Shown piece after piece: positions 12,931-24,500 of a DNA stretch of 64,000 nt; the first letter of the stretch is position 1, and each line of letters starts with the position of its first letter. A model generated the notes under the pieces. The model worked only from the letters and a program-made list of their open reading frames with translations, made no database searches and was not told the DNA's origin. This DNA is from Tubiluchus corallicola. Its lineage: Eukaryota; Animalia; Priapulida. The translations under genes were made by a program, and so were the position numbers. Where the stretch lies: assembly GCA_030141605.1 (NCBI GenBank), contig JAQGDQ010000431.1, positions 124,001 to 188,000 on the forward strand, in the 5' to 3' direction.

Positions 12931-13978
12931 TGTAGGTTTTAATGTCTGTCTGAATAATTATTTAGCAGATTTTAGTGCACTTAGTAGCAAAAAACTTTTA
13001 GCTTGATTTGTATGCGTTAGCAGATTTACAAAAATTTTGTATTCAAGAATATAGATAGCGGATTATAGTTTCAGAATGTATTGAGGAAATGCAGGTAGAA
13101 TTGTTCGTTCCGTTAATGTGACTAGGATTGCTAGTACAGTTTGAAAAGAACAACACAGTCTCAATCTAGCCTGTGTAAATGTTCATCCATACCAGCCTGC
13201 TATAATTGTTACTCAACCTTGCGATGTGTCTTTTCATTTCTTAGTTATGAAATTTTTTGGTAGGCCTAATAGCAATTGTCTTTCACTGATATGGTAATAA
13301 CATTAGATTGGCAACATTTAAAAAAGTTTAATAAAGAAATGGTGCAAAAATGTACTTAAAGTGACATGGAAGTCTCGAAATTCACTTATTTTGCTTGTCA
13401 GAAATGACACTGTGAACGTGACCGAATTTTGAAGCTAGCATTTCATTTTTATCTGCTACATGCTGTTACATGTGGGTTCTTAAAATGCGTTATTACTTAT
13501 TAGAAATTAGGGTTGTCTTTAAGAAAATTTTTAGAGTAGTTATTATTCCTGTTACTTGGTTCATCAACTAGTCCTGGTGAAGGGCTAACATATTTATTAA
13601 TACGTGCTAAAAAGTATAACAGCATGTAAGCTGTAGGATCACTGCTAACATCTAAAATATTTAAATAATCCGGCAAGATGAGAGTTGCAACGGTTTTTAT
13701 CTGCGGTTATGTGTGGCGTCAGTTGCAAAAGAAATCACTAAAAATAAACGCAATTGAACTCAAACGCTTCTTGTTGCTATGGGGCATGGAATGGACGTCG
13801 TCTGCTCCGTTTAAAGTTTTTTAATAATGCACTGTAAGGAACATTTTCCACAGTTATGTACGACTCCGTAAATATTTGGATCGATATTATGATAAAGTTT
13901 TCGTGTAGGAAGAAAGATGAATTATTGTAATCGTTCTTGGCCACGGGCCTGTAACGATGCAGTGAGTAAAGTCATGGC

Positions 13979-16924
13979 ATGGCAATCACTTGGTCCAAAG
14001 TCAAACGAGAATTTGTCAAACGTACAACTAGGAAAGATATATATGTGTTTTGTTCGGTCGTTTTATGTACATTTCTTTTTGCTTGCTGCATCAACGATTT
14101 CATTGCTTACATGTTTACTGAAGAAACACGTTATGCTACACAGCCGTATGCATTTCTTTTACTTGTAAGTAATAAATAATTTAAATAAATGTACTTAAGT
14201 AAGTTACTAACTAAATAGTAATACTACTAGGTCTTATTATAGTAGTTTAATAGTAGCGTCTTAAGCCGTCTTTGTAGCATATTAATTTCTGAAACGACAA
14301 TATGTCGCTTGTGAGTTTACATGCAGTCACTGGTATAACAACACAACGGGATTGAATTTATTCAGATCAGGAGCAAAATGCGACAAAGGCGATACATTAT
14401 CGTTTATTTAACACTAGTTTTGTGGAAGATTCTTTCAATAGTGTATTTTCTAAGGTTAAATGCTGACAAGGCTACACGTAGTAAATATTTTGCTGTTGAA
14501 TGAGTTTACCACTGTCCTTCACATTCTTAAGCATTATGGGTGCAGGTTGCTTTTTAATTCCACTGACTCAGCAACTTATCTCTTTTTTATTTTTTACCAA
14601 CCTTTTTTACTCGTAACTACAACCTCACTTCAACAAAACATTAAGTTTTTACCTTAATCCGCTTTATGAACTTATTTCTTATGTGTGGGGAATTGTAAAC
14701 TTTAGCCTGAATCAATTCCGTTATCAAAGGTTCTTTGATGGTACTTTGAATTAGGTAAAATAATTTTCAAAGAAAAGATATTGAATTGGGTGAAATGTCT
14801 TGGAAACTTACTATTCAAATTCCCTGAACGAAGTAAACAGTGAGAACAATAAACAGTTCTAAATTCACCTGTTTGGTGACCATGGTCAATGTTGCTTGAC
14901 TTTGCACACGTGATATTGCTGGCCACATGCTGTGAACATTCAACTGTCTTCTCCCCCCCCCCCCCCAAGTACGTTTATAAGTCCAGTCAGCCCCGACCAA
15001 TGGTATCAATAAAACAGCACAATTTGTAATTGTAAAAAGACTTTTAAAAATTGTACACAAAATTTATTGATGGCAAGAGAACAAAAGAAGTCGCATATAT
15101 GATCTTCAATATCTTATTTAGATTTTTTTGTCTGCATTCCTGCACTATGCGTTCATCTAATTTGAAGGTACTCAGTTATGGCTATTTCAGCAATATTTGT
15201 AAGTTTAATTGTTATAATTGTATTGCCTTGCATAATTGTTGCAGTTTCATGCTGGCTTAGTTGCCAATGGTCTGGAAGTTAGTGCACGTTTTCAGTTATA
15301 TAATCATTTGGAGACAAACGTTAATTTTATTTCAGACAAGAAAGTCCATATGAAAATACAATACAATGCACAAAATCCGTGAAATTAAAATAGCCTTAAC
15401 TAAAATCTAATTACTAAAAATAAAGTTTAAATTAATTGCACACAAACACATGTATACAAGTAATTATTAATACACAATCCATAAACATAATTTTATTATT
15501 TAAAATTCAAAAGTGCAATTAGTAAATCGTTAAGTCTATGGAACAGAAGTGACCTTCATTCGCATACAAAGTAGAATGAATGAATAAGCATCACTCTCTA
15601 AAATAGATTTAATGTGTAAATTAGAAGTATTAAAAAATCTATTTCTAAAAGAAAATACGAACTTGCGCACAAGTACGTTAAAATATGGGATACCTAAATA
15701 TACTGTCATTTCACGTGCACTGCAATCATGAAGAAGTGAAAATAGTTTGCATTTACACTTGTTATAAGTAATTTTGATTTCCTTCAAGACGTAACCATTG
15801 TATTTACGCCTCAACGATATACCATATATACACGTACAAAAGTTTTTAAATAAAGATATTTTAACATCAGTATTGCATTTACTAAAATGTTGAATTATAA
15901 TATTAGCTATAGTGGCTAAGCATTTTCGTGACAAAAAAGATTGCTTTTTGAAAAACAACCAATTTTGCATTCGTTTTAAAATGTTAGAGTTTCATTATTT
16001 TTGCAGGTGCTTCACGTGCTTTCATTTTTCTTCGCTATATTGGGGTTTGTATACATGTCTCAAGTTGGACAATCTTTTGCAGAAATTCACGCAAAGGTTG
16101 TAGTTGCAGTATTTTCTGTTGGTGAGCAATTTAAACAGTATTTAAACTTACCTTTTTAACGTTAAGTTAGCTATTGCACTCACACTCATTAAAATACATG
16201 ACTGACAAAAGAAGATTCGCTAACCTAAAACTTGTATTACTTTGATTTATTGAAGATCTTCAATTTTACAAAGCAGCTATATGGGGTTCTAATATTGCCG
16301 TGTGCAAGTTATGATGTCTCCCATATTGAGCGCACACTTATATGTTACCTTATATTGCCAAATGTTGTACATCCAAGTCAGCAGTTTGTCAAGCGTTTTA
16401 CTAAATACTAGTATCTAATAGTAGTAACACTATTGTTAAGTTTGTGGCACACCAAGCTCTGATTACTGTTAAATCAGCAATGGGTTTTAATTGACGTCAT
16501 ATGTGTTGCACATTCAGCTGTAGTAGTTATCAGTTAGAAAATGGACATGATATTTTTGCAAAGAGGTCAGTGAGAAAAAAGCTTTGATAGCAAACCAACA
16601 GGTAATTGTTAATATCGCTAGAGTTATATTACCTGTTGGTTTCCTATCAAAGTCTTTTTGCTCACTGTTCTGCTTTTCAAAAGTACTGCATCAAATACTT
16701 AGAATGTTTGATTTTAATTTTTTAAACACAGCACAGCTGTAATCAATTCTAGATTACATTGTTGCATGTTAATTTGCCAGAAATTGTACTGCTTATATAT
16801 TTTATCAGAAATACTAGGCCCATTAATCCTTTTTACTATTGTTATGTTGTTTTATTACTAATCGTATGAATAATCGTGTCTGATAACACTTTTTATGAAT
16901 TACTATATTCGAAATAAAATGATG

Positions 16925-16987
<63 letters not shown>

Positions 16988-17249
16988 TTTAAATATATAT
17001 TAGCTGATAGATTTGTTTTGCTTGTTTTACGTGCTATTAATAATGTTTTGCGTACAACAACAGTTACTCTCCCGGATTTTATTCATTACTAAACTATAAA
17101 ATTTTTTTGTTCTAGTTTTCAACTTTCTGACATTCGTGATACGTGCGACAATGGAAGTCGTCTTTAAGTATTACAGACACGAGTTCTATCTTGTGGCTCA
17201 AGATGACCCCGTAGTATCGAAGAGTTACACTGATGGCACTTCACAATAG
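13979..17249 (+). CDS. Unrecognised 144-aa small membrane protein (about 3 TM helices), 3 coding exons
   Basis: Exons 13979-14164 (CTT|gtaagt, phase 0), 16007-16121 (tttttgcag|GTG ... GTTG|gtgagc, phase 1), 17116-17249 (tttttgttctag|TT ... TAG). Protein: MAITWSKVKREFVKRTTRKDIYVFCSVVLCTFLFACCINDFIAYMFTEETRYATQPYAFLLL|VLHVLSFFFAILGFVYMSQVGQSFAEIHAKVVVAVFSV|VFNFLTFVIRATMEVVFKYYRHEFYLVAQDDPVVSKSYTDGTSQ*. In-frame TAA just upstream of the ATG; AATAAA at 17488 and 17642. Confidence 0.75.
15440..15930 (-). mobile_element. LINE ORF2 C-terminal remnant (RTE-X-like), antisense in intron 1 of the 144-aa gene
   Basis: ANIIIQHFSKCNTDVKISLFKNFC..YG..L...ITYN.....L....SA.....F....RK..FSF.NR...SN matches a common post-RT LINE C-terminal pattern. 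Confidence 0.7.
16555..16682. repeat. Long imperfect hairpin (about 40-55 bp arms)
   Basis: cagtgagaaaaaagctttgatagcaaaccaacaggtaat ... attacctgttggtttcctatcaaagtctttttgctcactg. Confidence 0.85.
16924..16987. repeat. (ATA)n microsatellite
   Basis: Direct reading. Confidence 0.95.
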
Positions 17250-18457
17250 CATCTAAACTGTAAATAAGATGTAAATACCTCTCACACACAGTTTTGAAGA
17301 TTCTGTGATGAGGAGATTTAGTGCAGTGACTATGAGCATTACAAATGTACCAGTTCAGGAAAGGACCTGTAATGAATTGAAAAGTGACGAGCGACGGTAA
17401 CATAGGCTTGTGTGGGCCCACACAATATATGTCATGACACCAATTCTGAATTTATTTAATTTATTGTTATGTTTATGTTAGTATGTTAATAAAATGTTTC
17501 TTTGTTTACTTTTTCCTATACTGGTTTTTATTATTACTGTACATATAGTGCATTCACGTGATAATTTATTTCTTTAAATTCTTTATTTACACATTTAAAC
17601 CATTGCATTTTGAAGAAACTCTACCGTACCTGCTTTGTCAGAATAAAAGAAGTTATTAATGATGTTCTAAATATAGTCAATACATGCAAGCAAACATTCT
17701 GGTGAAATCAAAATGAAGAAAAAACTCATTTTCATGTATTAAGATAGGTATTAAAAGGAGTTATAATGTTGGAAGAGAGTATATATTGAAAAATAATAAC
17801 TTGACTGATTTAGGATTACCATCATTGTTTGCTGGAATTTATATTTTAATTTCAAAAGAATCACTAGTGCATTAATTTGTATTTTATCCATATACTGATT
17901 ATAGAAAATCATTATTTTTTGTTCTGATAAAGCATTTAATGTGATTTCTGCAAAATATGAAAGCTTAAACAAATTTTCTATTATTTGAGCTAAAATTATT
18001 ATCATTAGGATACTGGTTGATTGTGATACATACAATTGGTATATGAATAAGAACCAGTCCAATCTTAACTAAAATAATGCTTTTTGTTACGGGAGTAGGA
18101 GGTTCTCTAAAAATTAGTATTCGTTGCATAATAGCTAGTACACAAAGGCATTGTCTAGTAAAAAACTGAATTGATTTCTGTTGGAAAATTTATACTTTGC
18201 AATATCTGTGTATAGATTAAAAACTAGCAGTGCAAGTCACTGATTTAAGAAAAATATAATTAGTTCGTGAATTAACTCAATAAAATATTTTTAAGGAACA
18301 TTAATAAAATTGCCATTACAGTTTTGAATTTTAAAATTTCCGTTAAGACTATCAGTGCATTAAACAAAAATGGTATACACACTGAGTTATGACTTTTTTG
18401 AAAGGATTTGGAACAGCATTGATATGATTCAGTCTAATTATCTGTTGTCGAATCTAC

Positions 18458-18617
18458 TCATCATCATCATCATACGCCCGTCACGTCTATTGTAGACACT
18501 GGGCAGGCAGAATTCTAAAATAAAAGAAATCTGCCTTCGAACAGGTGAACGCAGCAGTAATCCAGCAAAAAAACTAGACACTGCTACGCCAGTGGCTTGT
18601 CAGCACCACTTCCGCTA
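18458..18617 (-). mobile_element. Short retroposon-like fragment with (GAT)n tail; second copy at ~53960-54108 (+)
   Basis: gcggaagtggtgctgaca...ttttagaattctg...tatgatga is shared in inverted orientation between the two loci. Confidence 0.55.
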
Positions 18618-19183
18618 AATCGAATCTACTACTCCTTTGTGCTCGACGAGAGATGGCAGCACGGTCAACAACAAACCACAGCTGTAACAAAGTATAGGAA
18701 AAGGAAATGACGAAATTTTATTGTTACGTATTTCGTTTTTGCGGTTAACGGCTACCCTAGCGGCATCAAACGGCGGATGATTAAAAAGTTTTGAGCTGTG
18801 CTCTGACTGTAATAATAATATTCTTACGTCTACCAATAGTGTTGGCATACGCGTAATTTTGATAAGCCAAAATCACTTTTGCGTTTTTAATAAAAGAAGA
18901 ATATCTCAAATAAAAGCAATTATTAGTTTAAAAGACTAAAAACATTTCATGAAAACGAAAAACAGTTGTAGCAACAAGTTTGTATTATGTACTTGCAACT
19001 ACATCTTCAGTTTTCTTGTAAGTAAAATTTTATTGTTCTTCCTGAGGAAAGACGCTAGCTGACTGTGTGATGGGCTGCCTACTATGTAAAAAAGTAATGC
19101 ATTTTTTATTGATTTCTTGATTTTTCTCTCCCTCCCTCTCTTAGAGAGAAAGAGAGAGGGATAGGAAGAGAGACAGTGAACGG

Positions 19184-19185
<2 letters not shown>

Positions 19186-19231
<46 letters not shown>

Positions 19232-19271
19232 GGGAGGGAGAGAGAGAGAGGGAGAGAGAGAGAGAGAGAGA
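19186..19271. repeat. (GA)n microsatellite
   Basis: Direct reading. Confidence 0.95.
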
Positions 19272-21011
19272 TACTTCTTTTCCTTTTGTTGAAGGTTCTG
19301 CCATTTGTTTCTTGGTCGTTTTACTCCAATGCGAGGTAGCGAATTTGGCACATTTAAAATTGCACCTATTTACGTGCCCTGCAATTAATCTGTATAGTTA
19401 CACATATATTATATTGTAGGTTTGCATATAAATAATTCGCACACAACATGTAGTTGCATACGGTGCTTCATATAAAAATAATCATTGCAGTAGTAGAGAT
19501 GAGTAGGACTGAACTGCCAGCCTAGGGCATCGTAACGTCTTGATACACCCATGCACACAGACTCACATACGTGTACGATGTATGCATTATTACATACAAA
19601 GATTCTATGAAGCTGAGCCTATATATTTAACTATATAAAATGATTACCCTTAGCACCTAGGCCTGTATAAAGTCAATTAATTTAAGCCCATCAATAAATA
19701 ATATTTATAAAGGCTTGTCAGTGGATTTAGCCACAGGTGTTTTATTAGTACGCTTATACAAGTACATGCTTTACACGTAAACAAACTGTATTTAATGAAC
19801 ACTTATTTTGACATAAGCCTAACTGAATCTTAAAAAATAGGCTAAATATAAGTGACGTCTACACATGATGTATAAAGTGTTATGACACGCATGCCGATTC
19901 TAATTTATGTTCCACGTTGGCTTCTCACCTGAATTCCATAACTTGATTTTGACCTAGTTAGTTGGTTGTTATAGAGGTGGAAGTAATACCGGCTGCTTAG
20001 GATGACAGCTCTGGTGTTTCGTTTTGTTATTTTTTGTTCACTGATAATAAAAAAGAGGAGTAATGTCATAAATGCATCTCCGTTTGTTCCACATCATTTT
20101 ATAACCAACTCCAACTCATAACAAAGGCCAATGTATGATTACATGCTTTTTAAACATCTTTTAACTTGGAATCAGCAAAACATGTAGATGCTTAGATTAA
20201 GTTTTGTTCTGGAAAAATCAATTGCTCTTCTGAAAAAATTGATTTCTTTCTATGAAAGGTATTACACATGAAAGTCAGTCCTAATATTTTTTCAAGTTAT
20301 ATTTCCTGATAAGAACATATTAAATAGGAATGTTTTTTAGAAAAAATATTTCTCCAGAAATAGAATACTACATGAGCCAGGTATTTGCAAAGTTTCTTTA
20401 TGATCAACTTTCTTAACTTCTTTTGTAAATAAGCCTATTAATTTTCATGAGATACGATTATAATAGTTTTCATTTTAACTACTAATTATTCTTAATGCCT
20501 TATGCTTGCTTTAAATAATATTCAAAAATATAACAGCTGCTATGAATCGTCAGAGAGAGATGTAGGCCTTGCAGTCTTTGCTTAGTGTACAAAATATTTA
20601 ACTTGTCACAACAGTTACAAAACTGTGTTATAATTAACGTTTTATTATAATTACCTGGCTGCATCCTTGCGAAATTTAAAAGGATATTTTTATTTGTGTT
20701 TTCGCAACTTATTGCTGAGCAATTTATGAGCGCCTGTTAACCGGCCTGGCTTTGGTGGTCTCATCAATTCATCTGCTACAGTACAGACAGCTTGCGCAAT
20801 ATCGTACCCAACAGCAACGTTCCGTACTGCTCTGCCGCTAGGGCGACACTAACTGCGCGAACTGCTGCGCAGTAAACCCCTACTTTGTTTTTGGATACTT
20901 TGGCTGTACCAACTAATCACAAGCACGCAACGTAACGTTGTTTTCGTTCAGGCGTGTGGGTTGTTGATTTTACGGAGTTTTATTGAATCTGGAGATTTAC
21001 AGGTCTACTGA

Positions 21012-21080
21012 CACGGAAGTTTTAAAATTCAGAAGCAGGTCAGCCATCTTTTCAACAGAGTCAAACAAAGAGATGTAAGA
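21012..21080 (+). promoter_or_regulatory. Probable ALDH2 promoter / non-coding first exon
   Basis: ETS-type CGGAAGT (~21013-21019), YY1-type GCCATCTT (~21043-21050) and a donor-like AT|gtaaga at 21074/21075. An acceptor ttgtcttacag| at 21531 lies 24 nt before the ALDH2 ATG, implying a 5'UTR intron or a trans-splice site. Confidence 0.45.
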
Positions 21081-21555
21081 TACCGCGCTAGGCCTCTTAT
21101 AAAGTTTGCAGGACACTTGCTGTAACTTGTTTGAAAGTTGTGTCCGTAGGCCTACTACATTGGAGATTTTGTATAAGTGCATGTGATTGCTGTCATTATT
21201 CTATGTTGTAGAAATAATTAATTATTTGATAGCTTTTAAAAACAATTTGTCAAGTATACAGAGAAAAGTGCAACTGATCAGTTAACAAGTGCACTACAAA
21301 ACCTCATCAATGCGGCGAGAGGCTCAATGGAGATGTGATGCTTTAATTACCACTTTACTCAGACATAACTATTTCTTTGTAGATTGCTGTGTAGCGGAGC
21401 TGCAGAGTTAGTTTTAAATTAGCATTTGATCTCATATGGCTTGTAAACATTCTTAATTTCTTAGTATAGTTTAGCATAGTCTTATAAAAGAGGAGCACGA
21501 ATTGATATTTTGTGCCACTGTTGTCTTACAGTGTCGTGTTGCATTCATTGTCATA

Positions 21556-24500
21556 ATGGCAAGGCTGGTGTCTAGATTAAATCCTCTGCTTGGTACATTG
21601 CGCAGCAGGGTGTTATACTCTACAGTTACGGTTCCTGGTGTGCCGGCTCCGCAAACTGATGTACAACCACACTATAATAAGGTAAACAGCTTGTCAGCGT
21701 AATGTATAATTGAACAACAATTGTGTGCTTGCAAACCAAAACTGTCCAAAAGTCGGTATTTTAAATCGAGTTACGATGCTTCAATGTAGAATGCATCAAA
21801 AATTGTGTCAAATATCAGTTTTTTTGTTTTTTTTACAAAAAGAAACGCTAAATATATTGGAGTTTTATGTTCTAACATCAGGAAATTACTTGAAAAATAT
21901 TAAAAATTTAACTTTGTAACTCTTTGCACATCTTTCTACCTAGAAATGAGTATCGTGTTTGTTAAAACTGGTATTTTCAACTGTGATATTAGCTCTTGGA
22001 AGCAGCTATTTTTCTTGCGTTTTTTTCTGTTACCTAGCCCAAATTTTCGTTTGGAAAAGCCAGTGACATCTACAGGATGTAGATGTCACTTCAATGTGTT
22101 CTTGCAAAGTCCATAGTGTTTTCGTAGGCTTGCTAAGTGTTTTTGCGAAGCATTACAAAAACAATGGCAAACTTTAACATTGAGTTTCTCAAGATTATGT
22201 TTTTCAATGCATAGCCTGCACCTCAACTTCAACGTTAATTATCTCAGCTAAAATAACATAGAGTGATGAGCTTGGGATCAAAGTGATCCTCTTGAAATAG
22301 AGATTCGGAATATGTGAATAACTAAAAAATCTTAAAGTAAAACCAGACCCAATCTTAAACTGTAGGTTTAAAAAAATCTACTGTTTAAAATTTTGAAAGG
22401 AAACATACTTTTTTTTCAAAAATAACTTACGCGAACGAATTGTTACCATGCAAATACAATTCCACGTTTGCACAATTAGTTATTCGCTGTTACATGCATT
22501 GAGTTAGATGGGCACTAGCGCCTACACTTCGGAAACGCATTGCAGATTTAAACAATCTCACTGATGTAGTCAGTAAACTATTTTGCTTGAATATTAGATC
22601 ATATCTTCCGTCGTTTATAACAAGGTGTCTAATAGGTTGTCTCAAGTTCAGGGTAAATACCCGGTACAGTTTGCTACAGTAGCGATCGTCGTGCACACTG
22701 AATACACAATTGCTGCAGATTTAGTGAGAAAATTTAAGCAATCTCACCGAAATAGTCTGTCTGCGACTTCTTTAAGACTAAATTTCCTTCTTTCATTAAC
22801 TTAACGTCTTATTTAACACTTGATCAAGCAGTATTTTCCGATATTTTAACTAGATTTTGGCAGTTCAAAAAATCTGTAGCCATTCCACAGCGCACGCATG
22901 CGCAATACCGAGTTACGTATTTCGCTATTTTAAAAATGGTGATAAACTAATAAACTTACTTACAAAAAACAGGTGCTGTACATCTCAGTTCAGATGTGTT
23001 AGCTTGTGATAAACTGCACATGTTCGACAGCTCGTGGGAGTACAGCAGTAAACTTGAAATTTGAATTTTTATCTTAAAACTTGCCTAGTTTTAGCACAAC
23101 ACACTGAACATCTTACAGTAGTACTGTACTTCAATTTTCGCCTTCTCAGTTCTCTCGAAAATTTTGTTAACTTGTGATGTCATCAATAGTTGGGCTCACC
23201 CGCCGCTATTTATGTTTTTAGTTTATTATTTAATTATCAGTAACTCTTTTGCAGTATTAATCGTGTTAAAATGTATACTTTTTATCGGACTTGAAAATTG
23301 GGTAGTATATGAAAAATCATCCTGTCTTCCTTTCACTACCGACTTTTGCTGTCCAAGCGCACAATTAATGATAGAATGTCTGAGCACAGAGTAAAACATT
23401 CTGTTATTTGAAGTTATACTTTTCTGCAGATTTTTATTAACAATGAATGGCACAACTCTGCTAGTGGAAAGACTTTTTCAACAATCAATCCGTCGACAGG
23501 AGAAAAAATATGTGACGTGGCGGAAAGTGACAAGGTTGTGATTAAGTACAAGTTTGATAATCACATTATTTGCATGAATCTTCTTCAAATTCAACATAGT
23601 TGAACAGTCTCGTATAAACACTAGAATTGAATGACTGTTACATAATGTAAGGATGAAGAAATAAGTTTTAGTAAAAAATATTTTTTTTAATTAGCGGTAC
23701 AGTTAAAATGGGGTAGACTTAAACCCAAAATGTATCAGAGTGTTGTGTCTGATTAGTTGAAATTTTGTGTGTTAGCCAATTTCACGCAAGTGATAATGTA
23801 CAATTGTTACGGTGCAAACACGGCTGTTACTGAAAGCTTTTTTCATTTTTTTATCAAAAATTGATTTTTAATTTGTCTAAGGTAAGCAAATGCATTTCAT
23901 ATAATAATTTTCAATGAAAATCCATTGTGTGAGGAGTAGAAACCTTCAGAAACTGTCAAGACTGACATAATTGTTGCTTAGTGGGAGCAGTTTTTCATGA
24001 ACCCATGCAAAATGTAGCAAACACTTGCGCTCCTGAAAGAGTTAAATATCTTACTTGATTTTACACGTTTTCATTAAAAAAATTTCTAATGTGTGAAATC
24101 ATCTGCCAGAGATGTTTGGTCTTTCTTGCAACAACACAAAATGTTTTTGCAAAACACGCAGTGCCAACGAAATTCTGTTAATGGAGAGAAACTCTGCCAA
24201 CTAGTTAAAGAAAAACAAACATCGTCTTCTTCTATTTAGGCCAATTATTAGCCAAGCTGATAAATCAAATCTTTCTTCATTTTATATATATGTATGCATG
24301 TATGTATGTTGTATACATGATGACACGATGGTATACGTGATGGCAAATAAAACATTATGTGAATTAATATGATAATTGTTATTGAGAGTATTAAAGATAT
24401 GATAAATGATCAATTGCAAGTTTTTGCAAAATGTTTGTATGTATCTGAGTAAGAAAGACTTAGGACATAAATATATATAACTCATATGAATTATGAGAGA

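Noticed and set aside
20997-21047. Minus-strand ATG GCT GAC as a distant STIP1 start exon
   Set aside because: No good donor before the stop; the motif is better explained as a YY1-type site in the ALDH2 promoter.
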